DNA of 55,610 nt, the filler included, from Bipalium vagum (taxonomy: Eukaryota), in the NCBI GenBank assembly GCA_037834085.1. It is 3 parts of 3 records of this genome, joined end to end, with 100 filler letters (N's around TTAATTAATTAA, not from the genome) between each part and the next. Parts side by side here need not be neighbours in the genome. Positions count along the whole stretch, not along the records: positions 16,259 to 37,420 come from JBBMKC010239426.1; 2 more parts are not named here. One strand, given 5' to 3'. Each line of letters starts with the position of its first letter. Position 1 is the first letter of the stretch. Below, piece after piece: positions 23,951 to 37,520 of this stretch. The position numbers and the translations under genes were made by a program. The notes under the pieces were generated by a model. It saw only the letters and a list, made by a program, of their open reading frames with translations, was not told the DNA's origin and did not search any database.

Positions 23951-26900
23951 TAAACATCATTAAATTTCTCATAACTTACAAAAACTTCAAAATATGTTGT
24001 CACAACAAAATTCTCTAAAAACCATTTATCCACTTCCTAATATCAATTTCAACAGGAATATTCCTAAATTTAAATTCCTGTCCGTCCCTCTAACGCTGAC
24101 TGATATTAAATAAGCAACGAATGTCGTGGTAGGATTTTAGAATATCAGATTTATGATCTCTGGCTGGCACCGCGAAATAATAATCAGTAATTCGATCTTC
24201 AAAAACAGACTCTGTTAAGAATGTTATCTTCACTTGTCCAGTCCATGTATAATTTAATGGTAACCGAATATTTTAATTAAAATATCAAACTGAAAATTGA
24301 TTTTTTAAATATTAATTTATGATGCTTTTGCTCATGGTTAATGGCCAAAAAAATAGAATATCGTTTATTTTGTTTATATTTCTGGTTTTTATTTTCAAAG
24401 GAAATATGAAGATAAAATAATTTTGCAAACAATTTCCGAACTGTCAACAACATTGTTGAGAATGTTTGCCTTTCTTCTCTGAGATCCAGTGATTAGCGAT
24501 TCCCTTGTTAATTATTTTTGTCATCATTTTTGTAATCTCAATCAATTAATACTTTATTGAAGAATCGAAGTTTCCAGAAAATTTTCTGTATCCGCCCACT
24601 GACTAAATTGGTTCAGTTTCTACGAGTCTATTAAAATATTGTTTGGCATTTCACATTATTCTTGTCTGTACTTTGATGAATATGAATTTCTGTCTGTAAA
24701 TTGATAGAATCGATTTGACAGTTTTCTTTGACCTTGAGTCATTAAATGTATACTGCTTTCATGCATTAAGAAGTCGGCTTTATGACAACGAAGATATTTT
24801 TTTGTTACATGGTCATCATCAATGGTAATAAATATTAGGGAAAATATGAATTTATTGAATAACTAAATTCCAATATTATTAGTACATTATTTTGACTATT
24901 GAATGATCTTTAAGATGATTTACGTCTTGATGAAACGAGCAGTGTGGAACAGGCTCAAGTTATTCGAGATCTCGATGAATATTTGGATTATCAATTGAAA
25001 ATGAATTTCTTGGATCTACCGGACAACAAATGGGTGTGTTTTTGTCTTCACTTCCGAATTCAGTTACAATATTCTGTTTCAATTTCCATTTTCTCAGGAA
25101 GAGGACAGAAAACCTTCTTGGGGAGTTCGAAGTCAATCCATAATGCATTATTGTGACTTTCCCGAATCCAACAATCTCAATCAAACTACAAGTAAAACGG
25201 TCAACAATTCGTCGACATTGGTTGACGGAACGGAAAGTCAAACAAATTATTTATCATCGCCATCAAAGACATTGCCTTGTCGCAGTCATAAGTCACCCAT
25301 CAGTAAAGCGATTGGAGGGCCCTGTAGCAGCGTTACCAGTCCTCAAATGTCCAGGTGTGAATCGTCTGTTGCAAAACCACAATCGTTATCTTTCATAAAT
25401 AGCACTCCGAATTCACAGAGTTCCTTTCTGTTTAAAACATATTCAGGTATTTTGGTTTTAGTTTTTTCTTTCATATATGTTGTCCGGGGAATGCTTGTGT
25501 TTTTGATTAATTTGATTTTTCTGACTGGAACTTGTAGACAAAATTTTCTCTTGTTATGTATCAAATTTCGATGTTTACTTGCTCTGTTTTACTTTCTTCA
25601 TTTTCAGGGATTATTTTTTACTGAAAAATTTCCTCTTCTAACAATTGATCACATTTCTTTTAGATTACATTGGAAGTAATTTTTTTTTATTTACAAATCA
25701 ATATTAAATTTTTCGGATTTTGAAATCTCAAAAATTACTTGATCAATTGATCATATTCACCTGTGTTTTGTGATATTATGGTCGTTTACATTACCTAAAA
25801 ATTAATAACTTTATAATCCTTTACAATATTCACACAATCATTATATTAATAATTTTGAAAGAAAATTAATTGTAACCATTGATCATTTTATAAAGGTTTT
25901 CTGTTAAAATATCAATAGTTTTAAATATTGAGTTGTATTCAATTGGTACTTATTCCAATGTAAACAAGTATGGTATTTAATATATTTTTAATAAAGGAAT
26001 CCAAGATCGAAAAGTGCATTGATTATCTCTTTTCTTTTTTTCCCACATCTATTAGGAGAACGTTAACAGTCGATCCAAAAAACTTTAATATTTCAGAAAA
26101 ATTGCTTTCACAAATACACATTCATAAGCGTAATTAACAAGATATAGAAATGTATATTTGATATCGGAATGAAGGTTTTCGTGTCTTCTGAATTACTTTC
26201 TGATAGGAAAACTTTTTTCCATTGAGCTGATCTTTCATTAAATATTATCAATATTTTAATGTTACCTCCTGTAAAACCATGTGAAGTCAATGTTTTATTT
26301 TATTTTAATCAAAAATACAACTGAAATTGACAATAACTTTCACTTAATGTCAGATTTAATAATGATAAAACAGGTATTTTATGATACTGAAAGGTAAAAT
26401 AATTTTAGAACGATCACATAATAATAATTATATAAAATAGTATTTATAATACTTCTCAGCATTTTGAAAAAAATAGGATTAATTCATTTTTTTGATTTGG
26501 AAAATATTATTTTTCATTATTAAAGATTGGTCTCTTGTTAAAAAGTTCTAATGGTATATTATTGATATAATTCTTTTAATTGTGTTATTGGAAATGTATC
26601 TTTAGGGAAATAATGACTGAAATATTTTAATTGAATTTTTGATAAAACATCACACCATTTTGCTTGTCTCGTTAAATTAAATTGAAAAACTTTATTGAGA
26701 ATTATTATTAAAACAATTTTGAAGTTATCATTAAAAAATTAATTATGAAATAAATAAAAATCCAACATTCTTTTTTTAAGGACTCATTGATATATTAATT
26801 ACATGTTAACAATAATAATAACTGAGGTCTTATAAATAATAAAATGATGAAAAATTATTTATGTTGTCCATTATTTATTATTAAAATTGTGATTCAATTA

Positions 26901-29900
26901 CATTTCTGATAATCTAAATCTAAGTATAGAATAAAAAATAACTAAATATACTTATAATTGGTGTTCACTGAACATTTTTATTGGTTATTACAAAAAATTG
27001 AAATAAAATTTACTTGATATTACACCTGTTTTTCGAGATAGGTGGTTATGATTAAGATTTTTGTCGTTTTATGTTCTGCTTTAATTCAAAAATGGTACAA
27101 CGTTAATCAGTTTTGATGAAAAATTTTCTTGTTTTTTCACTAATCATTTTTAAATTATCTTTATTGCACTTAATAATTAATATACGTTGTTAGTTGAAAA
27201 TTTATCGGATATGCTGGGATTCGAACACATGATCTGTCACATGCACACGGAGCGCATGGACTGCTATAACCGCTGAGCTACATCACCAAGACTAATTTTC
27301 AATTTATCTCACACCCGCTTCCTTTAGAGCTGACATCAAGACCCTTAACTACCCCAAGTCTCTTTACTTCCATTTCCATTACCATTCCATTCCTTTATTT
27401 TTTCACTTTATACCGCTGGTTGGTGTCCTGGTGTGGTCGTCATGTTAGTTGAAAATTAATCTGAGAAACTGGGATTCAAATCCAGGACCTTTCACATGCG
27501 CACGGAACACATGGACTGTTCTGACCACCGAGCTACATCCCAAAGACTAATTTTCAATTTATCTCACACACATGGCCATTGGAATTTTATTTTTCATATC
27601 TTATAGGTTATTTGTAAATATATTTTCACTATATTTTTCAAAAAAGTTCGCATTCTTTAATATTTTTTTAAACTATTGTAATCAAAGTCTGAATTCTTGA
27701 AAATATTAATTATATTTTAATAATTATGATATTAATTTAACATTTTCAAATTTCAATAACAGAAAATATTTGCAAACCTACAATTTTTCTTATTCATTTG
27801 TCTTCTGTATGGATTCAAGTGAAATTGCGATAGAGAAATTGAGATTTTTCAGGAAACCTATTTTGATGATAAAATCATCATCCAGCACTGGCAGAGAAAT
27901 TTCCCCTTTCTCTCCACATTTCAGTTGATTTAGAATTCATAGAATTTTAGATTTTTTCATGATTTTCAAGGAATATTATTATATCAAAGTATTTTTTCAA
28001 TCTTTAAAATCAGTTAGTATTTCTAAAAGGAAACAAAATGTTCACAGATTTTAAAAAAATTCATGACATGTTTTATACTAAATTGATATAGAGTCAAAAA
28101 TATAAATGTTATGATCCGTAAAACTGATCCATTTGTATAGCCTCGTACATTACTCAATAAAATTTTAATTACACAACTTGAATTTGGATATTATTCAGTA
28201 CTTGTTCCTTAAACTTTTTATGTTAATATATCGTTTTATTTTTAATAATTATTTACAGATTTCTACTATATTTTACCAAAGCCCCTTTTTATTCCAAGAC
28301 ATTCACACAATATGTAATCAAAATATTGAATTTCAATTTTTGTCTTAAAATCAAGTGATTGAAATAATAACCATAGTTAGGGAAGATTCCCAAGATAGTT
28401 ATGAATATTTGTTGTCTCGTTTTAGATGATTTATTTTTAGGTGTTTCTTTGAATAAAGTCTTCGTCCATTAATAGGGAAGTATTTCATTTCATATTTATT
28501 ATATCATTAAACTTTCAATACTGACAGCCAAACTAAATTTTTTCAATAGATCTAAATGAAAACTATAAGATAATTTCTCCTACACTCTTTTGATAAAGGA
28601 AGTCATTATTGTTTTGTAGGCTAAAATTAAACGAAAATTTTGATGTCCAAAAATAGGTTTCATTGAGAAAAAAATTTTTATTGGAGAGAATTTATTTTAT
28701 TATTTTAATGTTTGCCTTTTCATTATTATTTTCCTCTAAGGCAATTTGAAACACAATCTTATATCTCCGATTCAATTTCAATCGAATCATGGTATTTTGA
28801 AAAAATTTAAAGCTCTCAATTCGGACAAGGTTAAGTCCAAAGGAGGAAATTCAATGTCTTCTGAAGAAGAAATTGATTGGAAAAGTAATAAAAAGGCATC
28901 AAAATCAAAAATTAAAGAAGTTTCATCGTCAAGTTCTGATGAGGTCGATGATGATGAAGAAGACATTGATGATGATGAATCTTTGTGTAGAGATGAAATT
29001 AGCAGCGTTTTACATAAAAATGGAAATCAGAGACGTCGGTTGTATACATCATCGATGGTAGGGATTTCTTTCCATTTGAATTGTGCTGTGTATTGATATG
29101 TTTCTAGGAAAGAAGTAGCAGTAACACATATGAAAAAGAAACAGAATCCATTTGGTTTGAAACACTAACAAGAGCTTTAAACAGCAATTTATCTTCCGAT
29201 GAAGCTGATTCTCAGAACAATGTCACTGTTTCCGGTTGTCGCACAATTTCTTCTGAATGGTTGAGTAATTTATGGATCAAATTTCCTCTTGTATTCGAAG
29301 ATTGTTGTTCTAAATGTCGAGTTTGCATCACAGAAGCAAATTATTATCTTTCAGCTGTTAATCATTTGTCTGACATTGGATCTCAGTTTGGTAAGGAGTT
29401 TATTTTTTTAATTTTACTGATTATTATTATTATTATTATTATTTAATCTTGTTTTAATAATTACTATCGGTTATTTGATTTTAATTTTCTGATAGATTTA
29501 AAATCAATATAATCAAGTTGTTATTTACATTTTTATTGATCTTAAATGTTAACTTAATTACTTTCTAAAAAATTAGTTTTTTTAAATTGCTTCAGATTGA
29601 TGTAAGTAAAACATCAACTTTCAGTGTTCCTAGTAAATGTAATAAAAATTAGATCTTTTCTCACTTTTCTCTTTCCAACATTGGTCTACATTTTAGATTG
29701 TTATAAGGTGATATCAACAAATGGTTCTAAATGGCTAAAATATTGTCAATCTCCATTCTTAATTATTTGGTCACCATTAATAAACTGAAATTCATAAACA
29801 TACATTGATAAAGAGCTTTTGTAACATTTTGACATACATTCCATAATTTTGTAATTGATTATACTTTGGATTATAATCATTTTTTTTTTAATATTAATTT

Positions 29901-32900
29901 AATTCATTAACGCAGAATGAAATATCGTATCTTTTATCAATTAATTAAAGACGATTAACATTTTTAATGATATTTTAGTAATTAATGTTTTGAACTTTAT
30001 CATTTTTAACACATCTAACTTCTCTTCAAATATTGTTTAATTGTTGAGGAGATGAGATATGTAGAGGTTTTTGGCCTAATTTAATTTTTCGATGTTTTGA
30101 ATTGTTGGATTTTTTAAACAAAATATATTAAAATTTTAATTTTTTTATTTTCAAGACAGTTGAATTAATTGGTCCTAAAAAATTTAACTATTGAATTTTT
30201 TCGTTTGTTAATTGGATTTATCGTTATTTTATTAAACTTAATTCTGAGAAAGTCTGTAGATTAAATGTATCTTAAAATTTCGTCAAATTTATTTAAAGCG
30301 TCTAACAAAAAATAAAAATTTATAACATTTAAAATAGTCAATAATAATTATTAATATTTTACTAAAATAATGGATCATTGTGAAATAATTTAATAATTTG
30401 TGAAAATCAAAAAAAAATTATAAATATTTTTGTAGAATTAAACCAGTTTTTCAGCAAAAAATAATAAATTAATGTAATATTTGTAAATAATTTCAATTTA
30501 AAATATCATTTTGTCATTGTGTTTGATTTTAGATAATTTCTAATTGCTTTCTAATGAATAAAATCTGTAATTATGAGATTTAGAATTGAAAAAATTGTAT
30601 GAGAAAGATAATTTCTAATTTATTTTGCTCAAATTAAATTTTATTTTATGAAATGTAATTGAATTTTGAGTTTTCAGAGGTAAAATTATTATGTTTATAA
30701 TTAATTGTATTTTAAAAAATTTATTTTTCATTTTTAATTTAATGGAATTGATTATTATTTTTTAAACACACTAGCGGAACTTAAAAAATTATTTTCTTTA
30801 ATTTATATTTTAAATTGCTTAATATGTTAAAATTAATATTTTTTCAGAAAACCCATAGCACCATCATTTGTCCCAGAAACACTTCAGAATAGTTTAATTG
30901 AAACAATTACATTTAAATATACACTCAACTTCCCGATCAATTTTTCGAGCTTTTGAATCTTTTCATCTGCTAGCATTTTCATTAAAATCAATTTCATGAA
31001 ATAAAATGGTTGGAAAATATTATTTTTACCATTTTTAGTTTGTAAATTAGAGAAATAATTGATCATGGACAATAAATAACACGTTTCTCCTAAACTCAAC
31101 GAAAAATTATAAAATTCAGTAGAGTGAAAATTGAAAATTCTGTATATTATGCTTGGAAATATAAAGAATTCATTTTTGTAGATTTTTTTTCTTATTGAGA
31201 ATGAAATCTCATACTTTTAATTAAAAACAAAATGTTTTTTCATTACACTAGTATATAAGGTTGTCTTGGGAATAATAACAATGCATTTTTAAGCATTAAA
31301 ATCATACATCATCAATACATAAATATAAAAAGGTAGTCTACTGACAAAATAAATTTTTTTTAACAGTTGTGCTTTAAAAGATCTGATTACTAAACGAATT
31401 CACAAAAAATAATTTATTTCTGTTGCCATTTTCTTGTTCAACAAAGAAAATATTATTTGAAAAGTAGTACATGCTCAGCATACCTTTTTAAAATATGGAT
31501 ATTAGATAAGTTTTTTTCACACCTGAAATCAATAGAAAAAAACTTTTAATGACTAAAACTAAAGAAAAAAATTTTTAATCGATTCAAAATCCAATACTTC
31601 AAGAATTAAAAGTTTATTATGTAATGTAAGTAATAGTAATAATAAAAATAATTAATTTTCGAATTTTTTCCGTAAACTCAATTATTCCAAATTCTCTTGA
31701 ATCGAATTTTTTGATTTTCACTATATTTTATTTAAAAACTGATATAATATTATTTATTGGATTTAACAAGCAGGAAATCTTTATATCTCTTATTCATTAA
31801 TTTCAAATTTTAAAATTATTATTATTTAAAAATTATTTTATCTTGATTTTAAAGTTGGATTTATATTTTTTTCTAGTGGAAATAATCAACCGTGTTTGTA
31901 AAAATTTAACGACTCCTTTATTTCATTTGGGACGAAGCCATGTAATTTATTTTATCTATTTTCATAAAAATTTTATTGTGATTTTGCAGTTTGTTGGAGC
32001 AGGTTCGTTGCTGGAATCTCAGAAACTGACATTGATGCAACTACAAGAGACATACGACAAGTTTTGCAACCATATGGAATACTCAATTGAGGTAATTGGC
32101 CATATTGATTTTGGATTTAGTTTCGGATAATGTCTATCATTTTATTTCTTCCAGATTCTTGATCTCTTGAAAAGATCCACGAGAATTAATCATCTAGAAT
32201 CAGTAAAACCGGATGAAAAGGTTTCGTTTTAGTTTTGTCTTAGATCTCGTACTACTGTTATTCCATATTATAGAGAATCAATCTCTGTCACCATTTGGAT
32301 AAAATGATGAAACAGTTATTTCTCATGTACGAATCATATTGTCGGCTGCTTTCAGATTTGAAGTACACAGTTCTTGACACCACTAAACCCGTCAAAGACA
32401 TATCGGAATTTGTGAAGAATATCCTCAATCAGTTATCCCCGAAAATAATGTTTCCTGTCAATAATAAAATGTCACCAAATGAAGAATTTGAGCCTGGGTA
32501 CATCACCAACGTTTCAGAAATGGAAAAAGTGGAACGAGAATTGTACAAAGCCATTTTAATCGAAGACATTGGGAAAGTTCAGACTCTATGGCGATTAAAT
32601 CGGTATTATTTCAAATTTTTAATCAATCTCAATTTTGGAAAGTGAAAATAATTTATTTTAACATATAAAAAATCAATAATAATAAATTTTAATCAAAAAT
32701 GAATTTAAAATTATCAAAAATCAATTTTTATTTATATTAAATATATTATTATTTATACATTATATTCTTGGTATTGGTTTTTTATAAAAATTAATTCTAA
32801 ATCAATTTCAAGAATCTTTTACTTATTTTAAAAGAATATTTATTTATCAGAATAAAAAATTTTATGATTGAATTTTCAAACAAAATTTATTGTTATTATT

Positions 32901-33362
32901 ATGTACCATTTTAAAGTTCTAGTTATAATTTTATCAATTGGTAAATTATTGATTTAAATTAAATCATTTTTATTTCAAATCGATTCTCCAGCGTCGGACT
33001 TGTTGTTTTCAATAAAGCCCTAGAGTCAAATAATCCGTCATTTTACCTGATGCAGCTGTTCTGTATTTTATATGCCAAAGACAATTCCGGTGATAATTTT
33101 TGTATTTTTCTCTGCCTGACCTTCATCGTAAATCCACTTTGTAGATATGCTCGTTTACGTGGGTGCCCAGGACACTAATGTCATTTCTGATCAGCCACAA
33201 CAGGTGTCGGTTTTGGCGTCCGCTCTAGTTCCGATATCGTCGAAAATATCAGATTTGGAAAAGGAATATATCGTAGACTCCTCAGTCAAAATCAAATCGA
33301 TCAATCTGGTGGATACGGAGCAGTCCAACATTCACGTCACCTCAGATTCAAGCGTTATGTGA
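17934..33362 (+). CDS. fry: Protein furry homolog (FRY/FRYL), C-terminal about 970 aa; 5'-partial
   Basis: Fifteen phase-compatible GT-AG exons: 17934-18293, 18343-18486, 18548-18832, 22463-22546, 23702-23795, 24915-25033, 25098-25446, 28741-29057, 29108-29390, 31877-31941, 31990-32091, 32155-32220, 32274-32602, 32992-33089, 33145-33362 (2913 nt, ending in TGA). Furry motifs: PLVDPTQKMGFP, WTRCVVKYLYDAY, WKEVYPILRLIVSKNSSL, ELPGRVLEYQFD, IGFPKSPS|VIFSQS, WGVRSQS, NLCHHLDKMMKQLFLMYESYCRLL. Confidence 0.93.
20541..20595 (+). ncRNA. Second, degenerate hammerhead-like motif
   Basis: TTGA-CTGAAGA-A-GATCT...AGATC-(about 10 nt insertion, GAAA damaged)-AAAC-AT-GTA-TCAA. The CUGANGA box is intact here. 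Confidence 0.5.
21670..21713 (+). ncRNA. Minimal type I hammerhead ribozyme-like motif (core G8 mutated)
   Basis: TTGA-CTGAAAA-A-GATCT(GACAGAAG)AGATC-GAAAC-AT-GTT-TCAA. Stem I is TTGA/TCAA, stem II is GATCT/AGATC, stem III is the palindrome ACATGT, and the triplet is GUH. Confidence 0.6.
23883..23950. repeat. (AAT)n microsatellite in furry intron
   Basis: Perfect AAT array of about 22 units. Confidence 0.97.
27188..27568 (-). mobile_element. TRIM-type non-autonomous LTR retrotransposon with tRNA-derived LTRs
   Basis: Two 126-bp direct repeats (27188-27313, 27443-27568), each TGTGAG...CTAACA on the minus strand. The 129-bp spacer begins with PBS-like TGACGACCAC and ends with PPT AAAGGAAGCGGG. 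Each LTR holds GATGTAGCTC(A/G)G(C/T)GG (A box) and a B box (GTTCGAATCC in one LTR, degenerate ATTTGAATCC in the other). Confidence 0.85.
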
Positions 33363-33431
33363 TTTTTGAAAATTGTCTTAAAAGTCCTCGTCACTCTCTT
33401 GCTCTGCTAATTTTAATTGATTTTTTCTATA

Positions 33432-33437
33432 AATAAA
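33432..33437 (+). terminator. Probable furry polyadenylation signal
   Basis: AATAAA about 70 nt after the stop, followed by a GT/T-rich tract. Weak evidence in AT-rich DNA. Confidence 0.4.
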
Positions 33438-36400
33438 TTTCGAATTTTGTGTTTTTATTTTTGTTACTCTATTCATAATATGAGCAAAAAAATATTAATT
33501 TAGAAAAAAGACGTCTGAATATTTTATGTAATAAATGAGATGAAAAGTTAAATCAAAAATATAAATTAAATAAGTAAAATCAATGTAAAAAAATTAATTA
33601 TCACCAATGAAGATGTATTTAAGAAATCAATGAAATTGAAAACAAATGTTTTTTTAAATTATCAATTAATGCAATCCATTCCTAATTTTGTTTTAATTAA
33701 CAGTTTTTATCGGTGAAAAATTTTAATATATTCTCTTTTCGTATTCTAATGGAAATTTTAGTCAATTTTATTTTTAATTCATTTTCTTATTTTTAACTTA
33801 TTACTTAATTTTCAATTAGAAAATCGTATTATTCTCTGAAACTAGAGATGTTAAATATTGTATCTTGGAAAATCTAACTTCATATGTATTTAATTGCCGG
33901 TCATTAACTGAATTATCGCAGTATCGAAAAATGTCTAAAATCTCTATCAGTAGTACATTTTGAAAAGTGTTTATTTTCTCTTTACATTAATTACAAAAAG
34001 GATATTTTATTTTTTTTAACAAATTAATATAATCTCATTTCTTAACGAGTCTAAGCTTCTAATCACTTTGTGTATACCATTTATTCTATTTCACTTAAAT
34101 GATTTGTACATTGCATTTTTCATATTCCCCACACTACCTCTGTTTACGAAGAATTACATTATTTTTTCCGGTTCAAATTTTTTAAATTATAATTTATCAA
34201 ATATAATTATTTTATTTCTAATATAAATAAGTGTGTCAAATATATCTAGAGATTTTTCTCGCATAATTTACATTTTGATTTATAATAAATTTATAAAAAA
34301 TGTTTCATATAATATTTTGACAGTTTGAGTCTGTTAAACTGAACTCTTCTGCCATTTAAACCAAAAAATAACTATTTTCGTTATTTAAATTTAACAGTGT
34401 TAAGAAATTAATTTTCTAACAATCAAATATTGCATGAAGAACTATTCTTTAATTCTTTGAAATGTTTATATTTATTAACAAATAAATATCATGTGACATT
34501 TTTGAATAAATATTTTTTATTCATAAAATTATTTATTTTCTGTTTATAGGAAGTCGAATATTACTTCCAAAGATATTAAATGATAATTATTTAATGTTAA
34601 CGAAAATAATATAATACACGTGTCCCGACTGTTTTAGAATGAAAATAATTTATAATTTTTTTTCATTACAAAGAATATTTATTTATAAATTTCAATATTT
34701 CGTCACGTGAATCAATCTTGCCATAATTCATTATAATTTCTCAATGAAAATGTCCTACACACTGTTTTTAGAATAAATTCGATACACTGACGACTGGGGA
34801 AATATTTGTATTTTTCTGTCCCATTCAGAGAAGATGTATATGGTGACCTTTTATCGATTTAAAGAAACATCCTCAGTGATTCTACGTAGGCATTTCTGTG
34901 ACGTTCTGTGTGTTTGTCAGTTTGGATAACTGATAAGAGTCTAAGAAAAAAAAAGTTTGTAGAAAACAAATTATTTTTTTCAATTTTTTATTGTAAATAG
35001 ATGGCAAGTATTTGACAGATATTATGAAAACTTTCAATCATTGGGTAAAAAGAAAATTATTTTGTTTTAAAGACGGTGAATAAGTGAGCTTTAAAATACT
35101 ATTCACATCAAAACAGTAACACGAGGAAACCTTTTCTTTCGGAAATCTTTTGATTATTATTTAATTTAATTGGTAGACACCATCGAACAATGTCAACGAA
35201 AGAAGTTGGAACTCTCCAATTATTTTAAACAATGAAATTAAAAAAATGAGTGTTGATAAATAAATTATTTTTATTCTATATTATTTTTACTAAGGGTTTT
35301 GTGACAATAGTTTAGTATCTTACCAGATTGATTGTGCACATATATTTAGTTTAATTTGGTTTTCCAGAATAACTTGTGTTTGTCATATAAAGTTAATTGT
35401 TTAAGTAGTTATTGACTTAAAGTTAATTGAATAATATATTAAAATACCCACCGGTTTGTTAGGTTGTGACATAATTTTTTGAGATTTTGAATAATATCTA
35501 TTTATAAGAATTAAAAACTTTATTTATAAATTAATAAATTAATCGATTTTAATTATGCTATTATTTATGACCTTCCATCTTTTTACCAATTTGTCGAAAC
35601 CTTTATTTCAAAAATCTATAGATCTACTCAGATATTGGTCAACCACTTTTTAAGGCCCTTCTCTTTTTCAAAAGTGATGTCTTTCATTTGGTTAGACAGC
35701 AAGCTGAAAAGATAGACATCTACTAACACCATGAAATATGGTGGGTATTGAGGAAACTCTCAAAAGAGCTCGTGGAGAAAGGTTTATGACGATAGTTTTC
35801 TGTGTCGTTTATCCTGCTTATTATCTTTTATAATATAGTTTATTCAATTCAATTTATTCATGTCTAGGAGCTTGTGGATGGCCTGATTTTTCCAAATAAT
35901 TTCCAATTGTTTGAGATCAGCTTAATTCCATCAAACAGAAATTATGATCTTACTAAAATGCAAATTTTGTTTAATTATAACGTTAAAATATAAGCAAGAG
36001 CCAATCGCTTCTTTTTGTGCTTCAAAATAGTATATTTCATTTCTCATGTCCCATTATGGTTAGTTGAAAAAATCGTGACCTTATTTTGTGAAGTTTAATT
36101 TCCTATAATCATTTAATCACCTACAAAAATATTATGACAATTATATAAAAACGACTACTAAATAAATTTATTACATTTAAGTAAAATAATAATAAATGTA
36201 TGGTAATATTAATTAAATATGAAAAATGACTTATCTTTTATATTGTTAATATTTTTTTATTTTATTGTTATTATTAAAAATAAAAAAATTCGTTTAAATT
36301 GATGTTATCAGTACGGGAAATTAACTGACAAAAGTATTACAACGTAGCAAATTCTTATTCAAACTGGTGAAAGGAGAAGTTGAATTTACATTCCAATATA

Positions 36401-37420
36401 TTGAAATAAGAAATAATGAATTAAACAAGAATTTAGAACCGCGATATAGAAGTTTAAAAAGATGTAAATAACTACAGCAACTTTTACGTATATTGTAAAA
36501 CGGAATAATAAAATTAATATAATAATATATTTATCAGTGGTAATAATTCCTATAATATTAAACTTTATTATTAATTATTATCTAATAAAAAATATATTTT
36601 CGAATCTTTTTTAAGCGTTAAAAGTAACAAAGAGAAAAACAATTAAAGTACTTCCTTAAATGATCTTGAACTTATAATAACCTTCCGAGTTCAAAATATC
36701 AAAATTCGTTGACAATTTTTAGAATAAAAGTTAATTAATACATATATCTACGAAAAACATTTTTTCTAATTTATAACAATCAAACAAAAAATCTAATCAA
36801 GGAAAATAAATTTCAATTTAATTTTTTGAATATAAACTGAGATAAATATTAAAAAGAAATCGAAATATTTATTTTTTCAAACATTGACTTTATATAAATT
36901 GATTTTTTTTTAAAATGTTGGTGAAAAATTTTATATCTTTCAAAATCTCGAGGTGTCCTAATAACACTTATAAAATAAATTTTTTAAACTTTAAAAATGA
37001 ACATTCCTTTTCATTGATCTTAAATGTTAAAATATCTTAACAATTAAAAAAGAACACTTTCACTAATTTACTGTTTTTGCTTAATTTTTAATATTTTATG
37101 TCAATAATGCTTGTTGAAAATTTTTAATGACTACTTTAATTAAAATAAATAAATAAATTTTAAAATTTAATGTTTAAAGTCATACAAATATTTTTCTCAT
37201 TATTTAATTAAAACTCATTTTCGATTAAACAAATTTAAATCATAATAAATGATAATTATCATTTAATTATAATTAAAAGTCGAGATTTTATAATAAAAAG
37301 TCATAAAATCTCGAATTATTTTTTATTATTTCTTCCATTTTGTCATAATTATAAAATTCGATTATTATTTTAAAAATAAAAATAATTTTTGTTTCAATTT
37401 TATTATGATTTTTTTTATCA

Positions 37421-37520
37421 NNNNNNNNNNNNNNNNNNNNNNNNNNNNNNNNNNNNNNNNNNNNTTAATTAATTAANNNNNNNNNNNNNNNNNNNNNNNN
37501 NNNNNNNNNNNNNNNNNNNN
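37421..37520. other. Artificial scaffold linker (N44-TTAATTAATTAA-N44)
   Basis: Same 100-nt construct as 16159-16258; the 12-mer is at 37465-37476. Confidence 0.98.

Noticed and set aside
27200-27295. Functional tRNA-Ala genes (also 27455-27545)
   Set aside because: The anticodon arm is expanded, the stems pair poorly, there is no clean cloverleaf, and both copies sit inside TG..CA LTRs with PBS/PPT. They are treated as tRNA-derived TE modules.
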